NCBI GenBank assembly: GCA_965644295.1
Contig: CBFFRP010000146.1
Coordinates: 310,001-374,000 of the forward strand
Length of the DNA stretch: 64,000 bases
Reading direction: 5' to 3'
Source of the DNA: Paraphysomonas bandaiensis
Lineage: Eukaryota > Protista > Chrysophyceae
Below, one piece after another: positions 1-12,975 of this stretch (position 1 is its first letter; the number at the start of each line of letters is the position of its first letter). A program made the position numbers and the translations under genes. The notes beneath the pieces were generated by a model. That model did not search any database. It was not told where the DNA came from and saw only the letters and a program-made list of their open reading frames with translations.

Positions 1-1842
1 AACGAAGTTGGTCATCCAGATTTCAATTTGTTTTTACGCAACGCTATGAAACAGACAGGACACACTTTATTTGTATGTTATCCCTGGTATAAGCCTATCA
101 GTATAACACGGGCATGGTGAGCATGTGTAATTCTCAACTTCATTTTATTTAACACTGTGTTTCGCAGGTGCCTGTACGAGGTGATGGAGTCTCTGAAGAC
201 GGAGAATGAAATGACATTCACCCCTATTTTGGATCCTATTGAGCAAGATATGTTTGCGAATGCGCTTTTAGACGACACAGCTGCCTTGCTTGAAGTATTC
301 ATCAATGTAGACGTTAGAAAAGCGAGTGCATTTTTGAAAACAGATCTGGATATGATAATGGATTGGATCAACAACAGTGTGGGCACAGATAGCATGAATA
401 GTATTCTTCATAAAGGATTGTGTTCATGGATTAGACAAGCAGGAAGACTAGAAGTAGGGCGCAGGGAGAGTGAGGCAAGACAAAAGTTAATATCATGTTA
501 TGTCCGGAAAGCAGCACGAGATGTTATTGCATCCACTTCACTACCTGCTACATCAGGTAGAATATTCCTTTAAACGATGACACAAAATAATATATTCTTA
601 CGACCATATTATACAGAGGAATGTGGAGTGCCTGAAACTGTACGTAGCAATGACACTCTGCTATCGGATCTTGAATGTGAGATTTCCCGCCTTTCACGAC
701 GAAGAGCAGTTCTTGAAGAAGATTTAAATAGATTTGAGAAAGTGAGACCACTAGAACTCGTAAATATTCTTGATGTGTCTACTATCAATGTCAGTGAAGA
801 GAATGGGGAAGATATCCCCACACATCAAATTCCTGTTCTCCTAGGAACAACAGGACATCATCATCTCTCTCGAGGTGGGGGTGTATGTGGAGGCGTACTA
901 CCTGCTTTTCTGCAATTGCTAGTTTCTAGACAAGACTTCAGGCGGGATGTGAAACTCGGAATGGACGCTGCAGTAAAATCAGAAACGTCAAAAACTCTCT
1001 TTCATAGCGAGTTGAGAAATGTTTGTGATTTATGGGAGAAGGCCCGTGATGGTATTATTAGTTTAGATCTTCTCATAGACAAACTTCCAAATAAATCCAG
1101 AGAAATGTCTTTAGAGCCATCCGATTTTTCAGAATATGTTTCTATAGTTATCAACGAAAACGATCCACTGAAGAGTTTTTGGCCAGAACTACGTACATAC
1201 AATCGCCTATGGCACGATGATGAGGAGGGCATTCGTCACAATATTAGAGTAAGCTCGGAGTGCGGGCTGTACTTATATGTTAGACCATTAGAGGAGAGTC
1301 GAAGCCTAAGAGACTGTATTTCAGAAACTCTAAAGATTGAGGAAATTGAGGGTTATCGTTGGCACCGGGATCCCAACTCGTCGGACTATGAGACAGTCAC
1401 AGTTCAGCGCGGTAGATATTGGACGAGAAGTTCAGCTTCACATGGCAGACTCACAGTGGTCATAGAGCGGTTTGATCTGGACTACAATACATTCATGAGG
1501 AAGTTTGTACCCACTGCTTGCCTTATTCCGAATGAGCTCTCTATGAGTAGCTTGGAGTACAAGGATCCTAATCGTAGTGATGAGAGTGGTGATTGTGACG
1601 AGAGTGATGATACATTATACCGTCCTAAAGGAATCCTAGCCTTCCGACGCGATGGTATAGTAAATGAATGCGACAGCACAATGACTGACGGTGTGTATGA
1701 GACATATATCGAAGTTAACGACCGATGGTGGTTGTGTTCGGAATATAGAAAGACTGTTCAGATGGTATCCTGGGAGATGGTTCAGCAGAACACATTGAGA
1801 ACAGCATATATGGTGCTATTTGAGTCGATATCAAGTAAATAG
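1..1842 (+). CDS. 5'-partial multi-exon gene: RxWCxxE (HET/TIR-like) domain fused to a C-terminal USP-fold domain that lacks the catalytic His
   Basis: GT-AG introns 117-167 and 557-616 join the frames and give ...HTLFVCYPWYKPISITRAW|CLYEV. The C-terminus has USP-like boxes (SLRDCI, LTVVIERFDLDY, IPNELSM, WWLCSE, AYMVLFE), but DGVYETY replaces GHY. Confidence 0.6.
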
Positions 1843-2262
1843 TGGTGAGTCAAGTTTGGTTGCATATATGACTTAAGTATGAATATTTGTGTTTTAATTT
1901 ATGATTCTCTTATTAGTAATATGTAATATTCTTAAAGTATCACATTTTCCTATATTGTGGGCTAATAATAGTACCACAACGTTTCACACACACAAGACGT
2001 GGTTATTTCGTCATCTTGTGTTTCAGTGTACATCGTCCTGTAGCCTGTAGTACTACAAGAAGATAAGCTATATGACAGACTGTAAGCATACTTAAGAAGT
2101 AGCCTCCCAAGATTATAATTTCGTACATTCAAATAGCGTTATTAATAATTATATATGTCGACAGCACGATAACATGGACACCTGATAGTACTTGCTCCAG
2201 GTTTTAAGATACAAACTGTTTCAACTATTTACAGCCATACTGAGCCCTCACTCGATAGTCCC

Positions 2263-2943
2263 TCACATGACCGTACATACGCTGTTAATAAAGCTTGTCT
2301 TGCGCCTTTTCTGCTTAAGAATTTCATTCTTTCCCATAATTGCGTACCGAATGGCATTGTCGAATACAGGTTTTACCCCATCTCCCGTCCTTGCGGAGCA
2401 TTCATAATACCCCCATGCACCTAATTCACCTGCCAAATTTTGCCCTTCAAAAGTACTCACTAGGTCTTTATCATTCCATTCATTTCGCAGATCAGACTTG
2501 GTGCCAACAATGATCCATGGAGTATCCGGACAATAGTGTCTTATTTCTGGGTACCATTTGTTTCGAACGTTCTCAAAAGCCAATCGATTATTTAAACTGA
2601 AGCACACTATAAACACGTCTGTTTTTGGATAGCTTAATGGGCGCAATCTGTCGACTTGTCATGTATATATATATATAGTCCATGACTAACACCCTCACCT
2701 GTCATAGTCCTCCTGTCCGGCAGTGTCCCATAAGCCCAAGCTCACAGGTCGATTATCAAGAAGAACATTGCATGAATAGGTATCAAAGATGGTTGGGATA
2801 TACTGCTATATATCAGGGCAGATCGTATCATAAGATGCATAGATACATACCGAGTCGTCATACTTATCTGATGTGTATGATATGAGCAGACAAGTTTTAC
2901 CAACAGTACCGTCACCAACTACAACCGATTTAATATCTTCCAT
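2263..2943 (-). CDS. Rac/Rho-family small GTPase, 3 exons
   Basis: [42 protein letters not shown]|[21 protein letters not shown], and a C-terminal CaaX (CTVM). Confidence 0.93.
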
Positions 2944-3204
2944 TGTATCACTTAATTATCTTGATCACTTAAATTGTGTGTATTGAGGTGTGTGTCTGGA
3001 TATACGCCATCAGATCGCTCACTGTCCATCTGTACATATAAGAGTGAAGTAAACTAGAGCACTTCCTCATACTTCCTAGATTATGTTTTATAAATCCAAC
3101 CTATCAATAGAGAGAAAATTATATTGATTCGCTGATATTTCATGATATTTTTGTACTTTTAGACTTTTTTATATATGTAAGTGTAGATATGTCGAGTATG
3201 GATA

Positions 3205-3397
3205 AGTCTGTATGTATGTAGGTAGGTACAGGTAGTAGGTAGGTACAGCAGGTATGTAGGTAGGTACAGCAGGTATGTAGGTAGGTACAGGCAGTAGGTA
3301 GGTACAGTAGGTAGGTACAGTAGGTAGGTACAGGCAGTAGGTAGGTAGGTACAGGCAGTAGGTAGGTACAGGCAGCAGGTAGGTATGTAGGTAGGTG
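3205..3397. repeat. (GGTA)n/GGTACAG degenerate microsatellite in the divergent Rac-JMJD4 intergenic region
   Basis: Directly visible tandem gtag/ggtacag units. They explain the spurious TYLP-repeat ORF at 3159-3443. Confidence 0.9.
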
Positions 3398-3443
3398 TAA
3401 TCACTGCAATGGTCTCATAAGAAAATGTGACTCTCTGTTCCAC

Positions 3444-4895
3444 ATGGACTCATATCCCTCTCATCTGTCCCGTATACTCTCCACAGATGATAAGGCTCAT
3501 TCATTATTCATATCTCATATGGTCCATAACACCCCTTGTCTCTTGACAGATATACACACACACACATGGCCTCTCCACCACTACTTTATATCCCCTCTAT
3601 CTCTATTCAATCCCTCTAAGTTCACATCCCTCTGTGGAGATCAGATCATATCAGTTCATAATATGAATAGGAATAACAAGGAAGATATGTGTATTAATGA
3701 GTTTATACAAAGAATACAACTAAACGAGAGCTTATATGCTAAAGATTGGCATATGTTTACTCTCTGTTCAACTGATTTGTATACTGTACCTCAATTATTT
3801 ATTGATGATTGGCTTAATTGGTACTGGAGTCGATGTCGTTCTGAGGAAGATGATTATCGATTCGTCTATATTGGTGGGAAAGATACTTTCACTGGGGTTC
3901 ATCATGATGTTCTGTGTTCTTACTCTTGGAGCGTTAATATATATGGTCGCAAACGATGGTATATGTGGCCTCCAGAGCAAGTTCCACTACTGTATAACCA
4001 TTCGCTGACTAGCCACGTGGTAGATGCCCGTGACGGCCATTATGATCCCGTTGAATTTCCATATGTATCTCAAACTTCTCCATTAATTATTGAACAAGAT
4101 GTTGGTGATGCTATATTTGTACCTTCAGGGTGGTACCATATGGTGGAGAACCTTGGCTCTGACCACTCTTCAAATGAGGAAATTACCGTTTCTCTCAATC
4201 ACAATTGGATGAATGGATTTAATATATACGAAGCTTGGAGATTTCTGTTGCGGGAGTTCAACAGCGTGCGAAGAGAGTTATGGGAGTTCCATCCATATAA
4301 CTCCAACACAGACCCTAGGATGCTCATGACATTACCGGAGTGGATACAACAGTGTGAGTTAGTGATGCAAGCCAACTCCAGTATGACCTCTGTAGAATTC
4401 GTGCGTATGATGTGTGTTCGCTGCTACTCACTCGTTCAGGCTGGGCATATTCATAACAGCGATAATATTAACTGGTCGCCACCAGCATTATTGTTACGTT
4501 TGGATACAGAAAACTGTCGCAATATCCGTGGAGTTGTACAAGACCTTGATACGCGTATCTATCACATTTTGTGTCAGCAAATAGTAGAGAGTCCGATACG
4601 TGATCAAAGTAACCTTTTGTCTTCAATACTGAACCAGCGTGCACTCGATACTGAGAAAGAGCACCCTTCGTCTGTACACCTCAACTACGATGCTGAATGT
4701 ATTGCATCAGGGTATGAGAAGTCGTTCCCAATGTCAGCGTTGCAATACAGTTTCACTCAAGTGCTGAAAGTACTGGAGGAATTAGTTCATTGTGATGAGG
4801 TCGTAACTCAGTTATCGCACGTGTTGTGCACTGATACTGATTTACTTAAATCTGAACTTTCAGAGTATGTTATGTGGATAGTAAGTAATATGTAA
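3444..4895 (+). CDS. JMJD4: JmjC 2-oxoglutarate/Fe(II) oxygenase, JMJD4-like
   Basis: Y.KDWH, DDWLN, DYRFVYIG..DTFTGVHHDV.CSYSWS.NI.GRKRW and PSGWYHMVEN (HxD...H iron triad) are typical of JMJD4. Confidence 0.85.
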   Translation: MDSYPSHLSRILSTDDKAHSLFISHMVHNTPCLLTDIHTHTWPLHHYFISPLSLFNPSKFTSLCGDQIISVHNMNRNNKEDMCINEFIQRIQLNESLYAKDWHMFTLCSTDLYTVPQLFIDDWLNWYWSRCRSEEDDYRFVYIGGKDTFTGVHHDVLCSYSWSVNIYGRKRWYMWPPEQVPLLYNHSLTSHVVDARDGHYDPVEFPYVSQTSPLIIEQDVGDAIFVPSGWYHMVENLGSDHSSNEEITVSLNHNWMNGFNIYEAWRFLLREFNSVRRELWEFHPYNSNTDPRMLMTLPEWIQQCELVMQANSSMTSVEFVRMMCVRCYSLVQAGHIHNSDNINWSPPALLLRLDTENCRNIRGVVQDLDTRIYHILCQQIVESPIRDQSNLLSSILNQRALDTEKEHPSSVHLNYDAECIASGYEKSFPMSALQYSFTQVLKVLEELVHCDEVVTQLSHVLCTDTDLLKSELSEYVMWIVSNM

Positions 4896-4980
4896 AGATC
4901 AGTCCGTATCATGTGCATTTACGAATAATCCACACAAGATATCAGGAGTTGAATGAATTATAGAAGTGTGTAGTGTCTGA

Positions 4981-5156
4981 TTATTAGCAATAGGCGTATA
5001 AGAGTCAGAACTAATTTAGCATTGCATTTTAACTATCTAGTGCTTACCTCTGATATCTTACTACTTAAAGCTACGACAGCTACTTCTGCGTCACCGCAAC
5101 TACTTTTGCTCTATCACTCAAAATATAGGCAGTGAGCAAGCAGAATGTTGATATAC
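4981..5156 (-). mobile_element. 3' part of the dispersed ~600-bp SINE-like repeat (here called repeat S)
   Basis: The reverse complement matches 12427-12615 and 62450-62632 (tatatcaacattctg...gagtgatagagcaaaag...cgcctattgctaataa). Confidence 0.8.
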
Positions 5157-5167
5157 TTATATTGAAA

Positions 5168-5353
5168 CGGAAGTGGTTGCACCTTGGTGCTTGCGGCGAC
5201 GCACAAGCAGCTTCTGTAGCGTTAAATAGTAGGATAATGGAATTTGTACGGATTAGTTATGGGTAGAGGTCTAACTAGTATCTAGCATTCAACTAGCCAC
5301 TATATTGGTACAGGTTTCTAACGCCTATTGCTAAATAAAAAGACTTTCAATAA
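5168..5353 (+). mobile_element. 5'-truncated copy (3' UTR only) of the SET/OTU LINE, with a 13-bp TSD
   Basis: Close match to 60403-60590. Flanked by ACTTATATTGAAA at 5155-5167 and 5354-5366. Confidence 0.88.
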
Positions 5354-5358
5354 ACTTA

Positions 5359-5434
5359 TATTGAAAGTCTTATTATTAACAATAGGCGTTAAATAGTAGT
5401 TAGATGAATGCTAGACAAGCTAGTTAGACCTCTA
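5359..5434 (-). mobile_element. Older reverse-oriented 3' tail of the same LINE family
   Basis: The reverse complement reads tagaggtctaactag...tttaacgcctattgttaataataagactttcaata, matching the LINE 3' end. Confidence 0.7.
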
Positions 5435-5456
5435 ACTGTAACAAACCAGTACACAC

Positions 5457-5730
5457 TCCCTTGAGGTGGGCCCATTCCCGGATGCCTGTTTATTCGTCAG
5501 GGCCCAAAGACGTCTACACAAGTGACACTTATTGGTGTCCCTTGTACCAGTGGGCAGAAGAATATCTGCTGACGTTAGTTTCCCAGAGAGAGTCTCTCCG
5601 ATACTTATCCCCCAGAACACCACGAAATGGTGCGATTCCGACTTTGTTGAGGGTGTTGATATACTAGACATCTACTGACTTTTGGGCTTTTAGTCCTTTA
5701 AAGGTGAACAGAGCCCAGATGCTTGACTTC
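5457..5730 (-). mobile_element. Repeat S fragments (5'/middle part)
   Basis: Matches the reverse complement of 20200-20430 and 20490-20555. Confidence 0.8.
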
Positions 5731-5984
5731 ATTTGTAGTGTAAGACATTACCAGGATATTGACAGCGTCATTTTTAATCCTACTAATTCTTTAATCAGTA
5801 GCTAAGTAGCTAAACTCTACCGACTCTCCCTCATCAACGTCGGAATCGCTTCTCTTCGTTGTGTTATGGAGGATAAGTCATGACCTAATAACCGTTAACT
5901 AATGGTAATGCCATTTTAATTGCCGGGGCATTTGTCATTAATGCCATTATAATTTCCGGGAGCCGGACTACCATTAATGGGAAC

Positions 5985-6192
5985 CGGAGATATTTCTCCG
6001 GGAAACTAACGTGAGCCTCATATAGTCAGCAGATATTGTTCTGCCCACTCATAGCCCAACGCTTGTGCGGTACAAGAGACAAGAGACACTAATATGAGTG
6101 TTACTTGTGTAGATGTGTTTGGGTCCTGACGAATAATCAGACACCCGGGAATGGGCCCACTTGAAAGGCATCCACGGTACTGGGCTGCCTGT
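5985..6192 (+). mobile_element. Repeat S fragment
   Basis: ggagatatttc...ctaacgtgag...ctgcccactcatagcc...cttgtgtaga...gggcccac, as at 20250-20480. Confidence 0.8.
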
Positions 6193-6432
6193 TTGTGTAC
6201 GGCGTAAACTAGTACTTCATTGCTATTGCAAAGTTTCCGGCCATTTCTGTAATTGGCGTTAGCTCTCCGTAATTTTTTAAGATGACCAATAGAGTCTAAA
6301 AGAGTGAGAAATTTTAATAGATAAAATACTGAGATATTAAAACAACATTACTTTACGGTGCCACTGTTCTACTAACCCAAATCAACATTTTCCCGGGCAA
6401 ATGTAGGACTCTAAGACTCCAAAAATACACCA

Positions 6433-8449
6433 TTATAATAAACGAGTCAGATTGTTAGTTTCTCCCAAAAACAAACACCCAAATACATCGTTCACGTATG
6501 ACGGATACTGTTTGCTAAAAAGTGGGTTAACGGCAGAGTTTGACGGCACGAAGGTGACTTCTAGCAGCTTCGGCTCAACTTTAGTCACGCTATTTCCTTC
6601 CCCTTCGACTGCCTCCAAGATAACATCACACCCATAGAGTGCTCGAGCACGCTTGCAAGCCATACCATTCGGTTGCTTGCTCGATACTCCATGGAATAAT
6701 TCCCTCAGCATCTTATGAATATCCATCAAAATATCACTCCAGTTTAACAACGGGTACAATTCCCGTATGCCAGCCACGACTTCTTCACAGTCAGGTAACT
6801 GACCGTCCTGCTCCACTCCGTCCAGTACCCACATAGCTGTCAGGGCCTTTTGATTATCTTCCCAGACGTTCTCATGTCCGTTACTGCAGTACGGTTTATT
6901 GGACACTCGAGTCCAGAAGGCATTATAGACATACAGCTCAACAGGGCTGCAGCTACGCACACAGACGATGAATCTCATATCGAACTTTTTAGATCCCTTC
7001 CATAGCAACGGGCGCTCAACAAACTTTTGGGCAACACGATTAGAGTCCACTTCCAATAAGCGGATCGCATGAATCAAAGAGTTAGTGATAACATGCCCTT
7101 GACTACGGGTCCCTATGGATGGCTTTAGTATCCACACGTTTGATGATGGGCTGGATTCGCTAGATGACTCCTGCTTCGCTCTTCGTTGTCGAAGGTATTC
7201 TCCAACATAGACAGGCAAGTGAGTCTGGAGGTCATATGACGACTTCCACCAATTAGGACGACCTACACACCTCGCCACTTCACGCGCCAAGTGCGCTTTG
7301 ATAAGAAATGCCCCCTCATATGGAAACTGATTAAGCAGTTGCATCGGACGCGCTAAAGACAGAGGAGCATTCTGGTCTTCTGTCCACGCTTCGGGAGTAG
7401 TTTTTAACGGCTCTGAGTACCACAAAATGTCCGCTTCTTCAGGAACAGATGTCATAACGAAGGCTGGATGTGTGAGACCACCAGTAGGATGAAGTAGGCG
7501 AAGAGAATCATCTTCGGGAGTGTATACTCTCAGCTTATCCACATACCCGTTTTCTGAGCTGGGTTCAATAAGAGGGGGAAGAGGTGGATGAGTCGGCGCA
7601 CTTGGAACCGAGAGAGATTCACTGATATCACCCAATACAGATTCGTGATGCTCAGCACCTGAAACTAGCTGCTGCACCAATTCGTCATCCATGACGTCCT
7701 CCCCAAGCCAATCAACAAGTCGAGCAACGCGTTCTATTGGCGTAGATACCCAACTGCAAAAATCTCGTTCTACAGAATCACCTGTGTTCAGCTGTGCTAT
7801 AGGCCACATGATAGTGTATGGAGTCATATCTCCCGTCAGTTGAAATTTCCCATCCACAAGATCTATATGCATATGTATGAATGGTACACAGACGACACCA
7901 CCCTCACTTGAGTGGTTGATAGAGCTTCCAACCTCATCATTTAGATACCAGATCCACTTCCCTCCGACGCTGTAACAACCTATGTAGCGCCATATTTCAC
8001 TGACCATATCGTCAACAATATCTTCCTTGGGACGTTGTATTACGTCTTCATCTTCATTCTCTGTATATGCAGGCACTGCCATTATACCAGCTAATCGCTG
8101 TAGGACCTCATCGGGTAGCATAGATAGATTAGCACGTAATCCACTAGCCTATACAACCAATCAAACATAGTATATACACGATATCACACACCTCTTCATT
8201 CGGAAATGAGAATGCATGATCAATAAGATAGATGCTCTCATAGGGTTTCACTCCTTCCTCTGCAGTAACAACACAGTTTCTTTTACCATCTTCATATTGT
8301 TCAATACCAAATTTATATGATGCATCAAAACAGTTTGATCTGATCTTATGGGCGAGTGTAGTGTATAGTGTGGGAGGGATAGCATTAGCCTTCAGTTGCA
8401 TCTCATGAGCCTTTATGAATACACTTTCATAGGTAGAAGAATCTTCCAT
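6433..8449 (-). CDS. TTLL12: Tubulin-tyrosine ligase-like 12, 2 exons (intron 8149-8191)
   Basis: IYLIDHAFSF and WYLNDEVGSSINHS (SET-like N-region of TTLL12), NQFPYE, WILKP, KFDMRFIV, LYGCDVIL, LLEVTF (TTL domain). Confidence 0.88.
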
Positions 8450-9058
8450 TGAATGAATTGATGTGTTGTGATTGAATAGCAGGGTTAGAGATAGTTATGT
8501 ATGTATGATTCTGATTACACTCAGCATATATATGTATGTATGTACAGCACAGCATAGAGACTGTAGATGTATGGTATGTATATACACTGCTGTGTACTCA
8601 ACTTGTAGTTGCACTTCTAGATGATATACAAAGTCTGCATGTTGTATGTATGTATGTGTGTTGTATATGGGGCTGTATGTATGGAAGTGTATGAAGTGTA
8701 AAATACCAAACTTCAAGAAAATAATATGATCGAATGAAAACTATGTAATGTATGCTGATTGGCTATACTGCCACTGTATATATACATATATATGTGTACA
8801 TGTATGCTATACTTGTCTACATGTACATGTACACTACTGCTGTATGTGTGCATACCTGACACTGACATGCATGTACATATAGAGTGGTAGCAATCACACC
8901 AACTCATCTAACCTCGCTGATAGGGATCACCCAGCATGAAGATATCTTAAATCTAGCAGGAGGTGTCTATAAACTAGTGGATGACTATATCGCTGCGTGT
9001 CTGTATATATATATATGTGTATATATGGAGAGGGGAGTAACACACAGATAGAGTGAAC

Positions 9059-11357
9059 ATGTGCTCTAATCGTCTCTTCATATTCAATCCTGTGATCATA
9101 TTCTTCATATGTACATGTTTGTCTTACACAACTGCATCTTTTTCTTCTGTTTCATATCATTTTGTGACTGCTTCATTGATCGGATGGGGTGATATTTGGG
9201 ATATACGAAGCGCTAACTTACTTTTAAAGTCTAGATTATTGTGGGGATCAGATATTGCTGAAATTCCTTGTACATGGGTAATATTTCTTGATAATGAGTT
9301 AAATGAGATATCAAAGCGAAGCCTCAAACATGCGTTTCAGATTTCATATGATTCAAATTGTCCAATTTTGTTGTCAGAAAGTACTAATCTAACGAGTGTT
9401 GAAGAGATAACAGCAGTTGCACTGGAAGATGTGTCATTTCAAATTCAGCAATCACACATTATTTTTATGTTGCCTCATGCAGTTATTTTATCAGACCCAT
9501 TGGAGTCATTGCCTTCTCATGATGGTAGTACTGTAATAATGCACCTGCAACATCCTAATGTGTACGATGGATGTGTTTTGTCATTTTTCGTAATACCTCT
9601 GTCCTTACTGCAAATTGGATTTCAAAGTACTCCTATGCGAAATATGTGTGATATCATTTCGAATATAATTCGATCGAATTCACATGCGCAGATATCAGAT
9701 TTGCCTCCTACTTCTCGTTTGGTCATGCATTCTGATAGCGTACTGGACAGGGATTTAATGAACTACAACACGAATAATTCGGTACCGATTGGTAAAGTTG
9801 TATTCGCAACTAGTGGGTATGGACTATTTTGGGATTTGTTTCCGTCTTATCTAAGTCAGTTTCCAGAGTCTGAACGACAGTATTTGTATACTCAGCCAGA
9901 CGGAACTTCCTTAGACTGCGAATTTGCTTTGCTTGTACATTGGGACACAAACTCGCCAACTCACGACATGTCACCCTCCCACAGTATATTAGCAACGTCG
10001 TTGAATGAACTTTTAGCATCAAAGTCTCTATCGGATATGTGCTACTCCCTAATGGGTACTGTACTGTATGATCCCCCTATATACAAACTAACTGGAACCC
10101 GTAATAACCAGCATGAATCTATTCGTGCCAGTTACCGTCCTCCTTATTGGACAAGAAACCCACTGGATTGTGCTGAGCTTGATGATATTTATAAGTGGAA
10201 TGGCACTCTTGATAATACCGAAAAAACTCAACACCTTTTGAAAAACACCGAGCCACAATCAGTGGTGTTAGGTTCGTTTCCATGGAGTGATATCAACCGC
10301 CTCAATGACAACGCCCATATTCAGTACGGGAACCCTTCTTCTTCTGTGAGATACAGTAACTGCTCCATTGCAATATTTGCTCAGGGTTATACGCACTTGC
10401 ATTTGGCATTTCAATCTGCCCTGCGAGCACGTAAGTTATTCAATAGGTCAGAATTCACAGAGGGATATGAACGTATTTGTGGGCAATCTCTTCCTCTGTT
10501 GCTACTGTATGTTGATAGCATTGTGACTATATTGAACTTGAGCACTACGTTTTATTCACATGGTTTTACCCTTGAAGAATTTTTTGGTATTTTTGACGGT
10601 ATATATGAAACATGCAACACAGAAAGTTGTATGCGATTCATTCCTTCAGAAAACATATTTTTCTCTTCCCTTTTGTCAGCTTCACAAGATCAATTTTATC
10701 ATTCCCCTATGTTGTGGTGGCGGCGAACCACAATGCTTCTTCACCCTCCAACTAGATATGTACTTTATTTGGATGCTGATGTGATGCCTTGTCATGATGA
10801 CTTTCACATTGAGTAAGTGCGGCAAGCGTAGTATATGTAATATGTTATTTGTAATACTCTCGTGTTGTAGGGCTTTCAGTTTATTAGATGGTAATTACGA
10901 TCTTGCGGCCGTAAATATAAATATGTTTGGAGATACTAATGACAATCATCGGTTCCCTTATCCAGAGAATAGCTTAGGGCCGGGGTGGATTGAATTTCCT
11001 GAGCGGAACAGAGCGTTTTTGCTATTAGATACCAGTGCCGACGCCGTACAGCAATTTGCGATTACAGCGGCAGTATCGTTTTTGAGACATATTCATTTAA
11101 TGATGCAGGGACGTACGGTAAGTGCTCGTTATGGTATAGATGGCAAGTCGAATAATATGGTATCTAATATGGTATCTCAGTTTGTTCGTGGTGACCAAAT
11201 GCTGCTGCGCCAAGGGTTGTTCTATGTACGTGAACAAATTCGAGAACGTAAACTTAACGGAGACAATATGGTCATATGTATTCGTGCATGGCGCTACAAA
11301 CCAGGATGTATGCTGTACCATGGAGGTGATGCTCTGAATGTATGTTCCTTAGAGTAG
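9059..11357 (+). CDS. Signal/anchor-bearing protein with a C-terminal GT-A-like glycosyltransferase domain (intron 10813-10870)
   Basis: Hydrophobic N-terminus, YVLYLDADV DxD motif, later DQ..LR motif. The intron joins the two ORFs in frame. Confidence 0.6.
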
Positions 11358-12349
11358 CTGTGGTTTCAAGCATTAGAATGGTAAATAGTTACAATAAAAT
11401 CCTACAACATCAATTTTTCTGTTCTACATAGAACTGTTACTAATTACAAATTACGAGTTGACAACGAATAGAAGACAACCCTAGATGTAGAGTGGACCTC
11501 AATTCCAATATTTGATGTAGTAGCACGACTTAAAATCCTTAGAGTTTGATGCTACGTACGTAGTGACAAAGTAGTAAGTCCTAAGGAATCTAAGTGTCAC
11601 TACTTACTGGTTCTATGATACATGCTGCCAATAAAAATATTCGACATGGTGGGGACCATACTACATATCAGGCTTGCGTAGCAATTGATTGCAATTCATT
11701 GGTGAGAGGTATCGAACAATAATAATTTCAAAATTTGAATTATTTACTAAGCATCAAATTATTGGCATTGGCTTCAGTTATCTATTACATTTTCGAATGA
11801 CTTCCTTCTCATTGCGAAGGTGCCGATTTGTACACAGAAATATTTGCTAGCTAAATCCAGTCATAATAATCTTAGCTCTCACAAACATTGGTAGAGTTAT
11901 ACAAAAAGAATGCTTCATACAGATATCATGTTGGCTGTTCGTTTTGTACTTTTGATGCTTTCGGTTGTCTTTGAGCAAACAAATGTCCTTTCTCTTAATC
12001 CTCTTTCTAATTGTTGAAGTCTCCTTCGTTTGCAGGTTCATCACTTATCAAAAAGCTCCACATCTGTGCTTTTTCTGTGTAGTTTAGTTTATCTTTTATA
12101 CCACGCTGAGTCTTGATTACTTTATCGAAATCTGTATTTTCTATTCGTGGCCTGCAAAACCAATTTATGGTACTAGGAACCCACATGACTGTCCACTTAA
12201 TCTAGCCATTATCGGGTTGCAAGCAGTTTTGTCATCAGAAATATAGTAAACTCAATTGAAGTTCACTGTAACCTCCGATTGATTCTGCTGCAAAATCAAT
12301 GTCGGAATCTTAATCATTTTGGACTAATCGAATAGTTTGGGTATTAGGA

Positions 12350-12615
12350 TGCCTGCTGAAGTCAAGCATTTGGCTATTCACTTTAAGGAATCAAAAATCC
12401 TGAAATTAGTAGATGTCAGATATCAGGTATATCAACATTCAACTTGCTCATTACGTTTGCTTTGAGTGATAGAGCAAAAGTGATGCACCTTGTGGTGCTT
12501 GCGGTGACGCACAAGTAGCTTTCGTAGCGTTAAATAGTAGGATATTAGAGTTAAGCACTAGGTAGTAAAATTGCAATGCTAAATTAGTTCTGACTCTTAA
12601 ACTCCAATTGCTAAG
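12350..12615 (+). mobile_element. Repeat S, 3' half
   Basis: gaagtcaagcat...tatatcaacattc...gcttgcggtgacgcacaag...gcgttaaatagtagg...attgctaa. Confidence 0.8.
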
Positions 12616-12975
12616 CTATAATAGATATTCGTTATTCACTACTATACTCGAGCCAGAAATTAATAGTAATAATTAATTGGCAACATTTACCAAGATTAAT
12701 TATTGTGTATTGTATATATCATTTTTTAAACCAATTTGTTTAATTTGCAACTCAATTAGTTGGTGCGCAAGCCTGCTACTTACTACGCACGCATTCGATG
12801 ACATTGCTAAGTAGCACTCTGATAAGAGAGACAGAAATACTAATGTGTTACACTACCAAATATAGTCTTTAAATTATCATAAGCTATTAAAAGGAATGAC
12901 ATCAGGGTGAAACACAGGAGCAGAAGTTAAACCAAATATATCTAATGTTACTTCTTCGCCTTGATCCAATGGGTC

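Noticed and set aside
7880-8230. TTLL12 SET-like region as the donor of the LINE's SET domain
   Set aside because: No visible similarity beyond the generic IN[HD] motif. The LINE SET is a compact canonical type.
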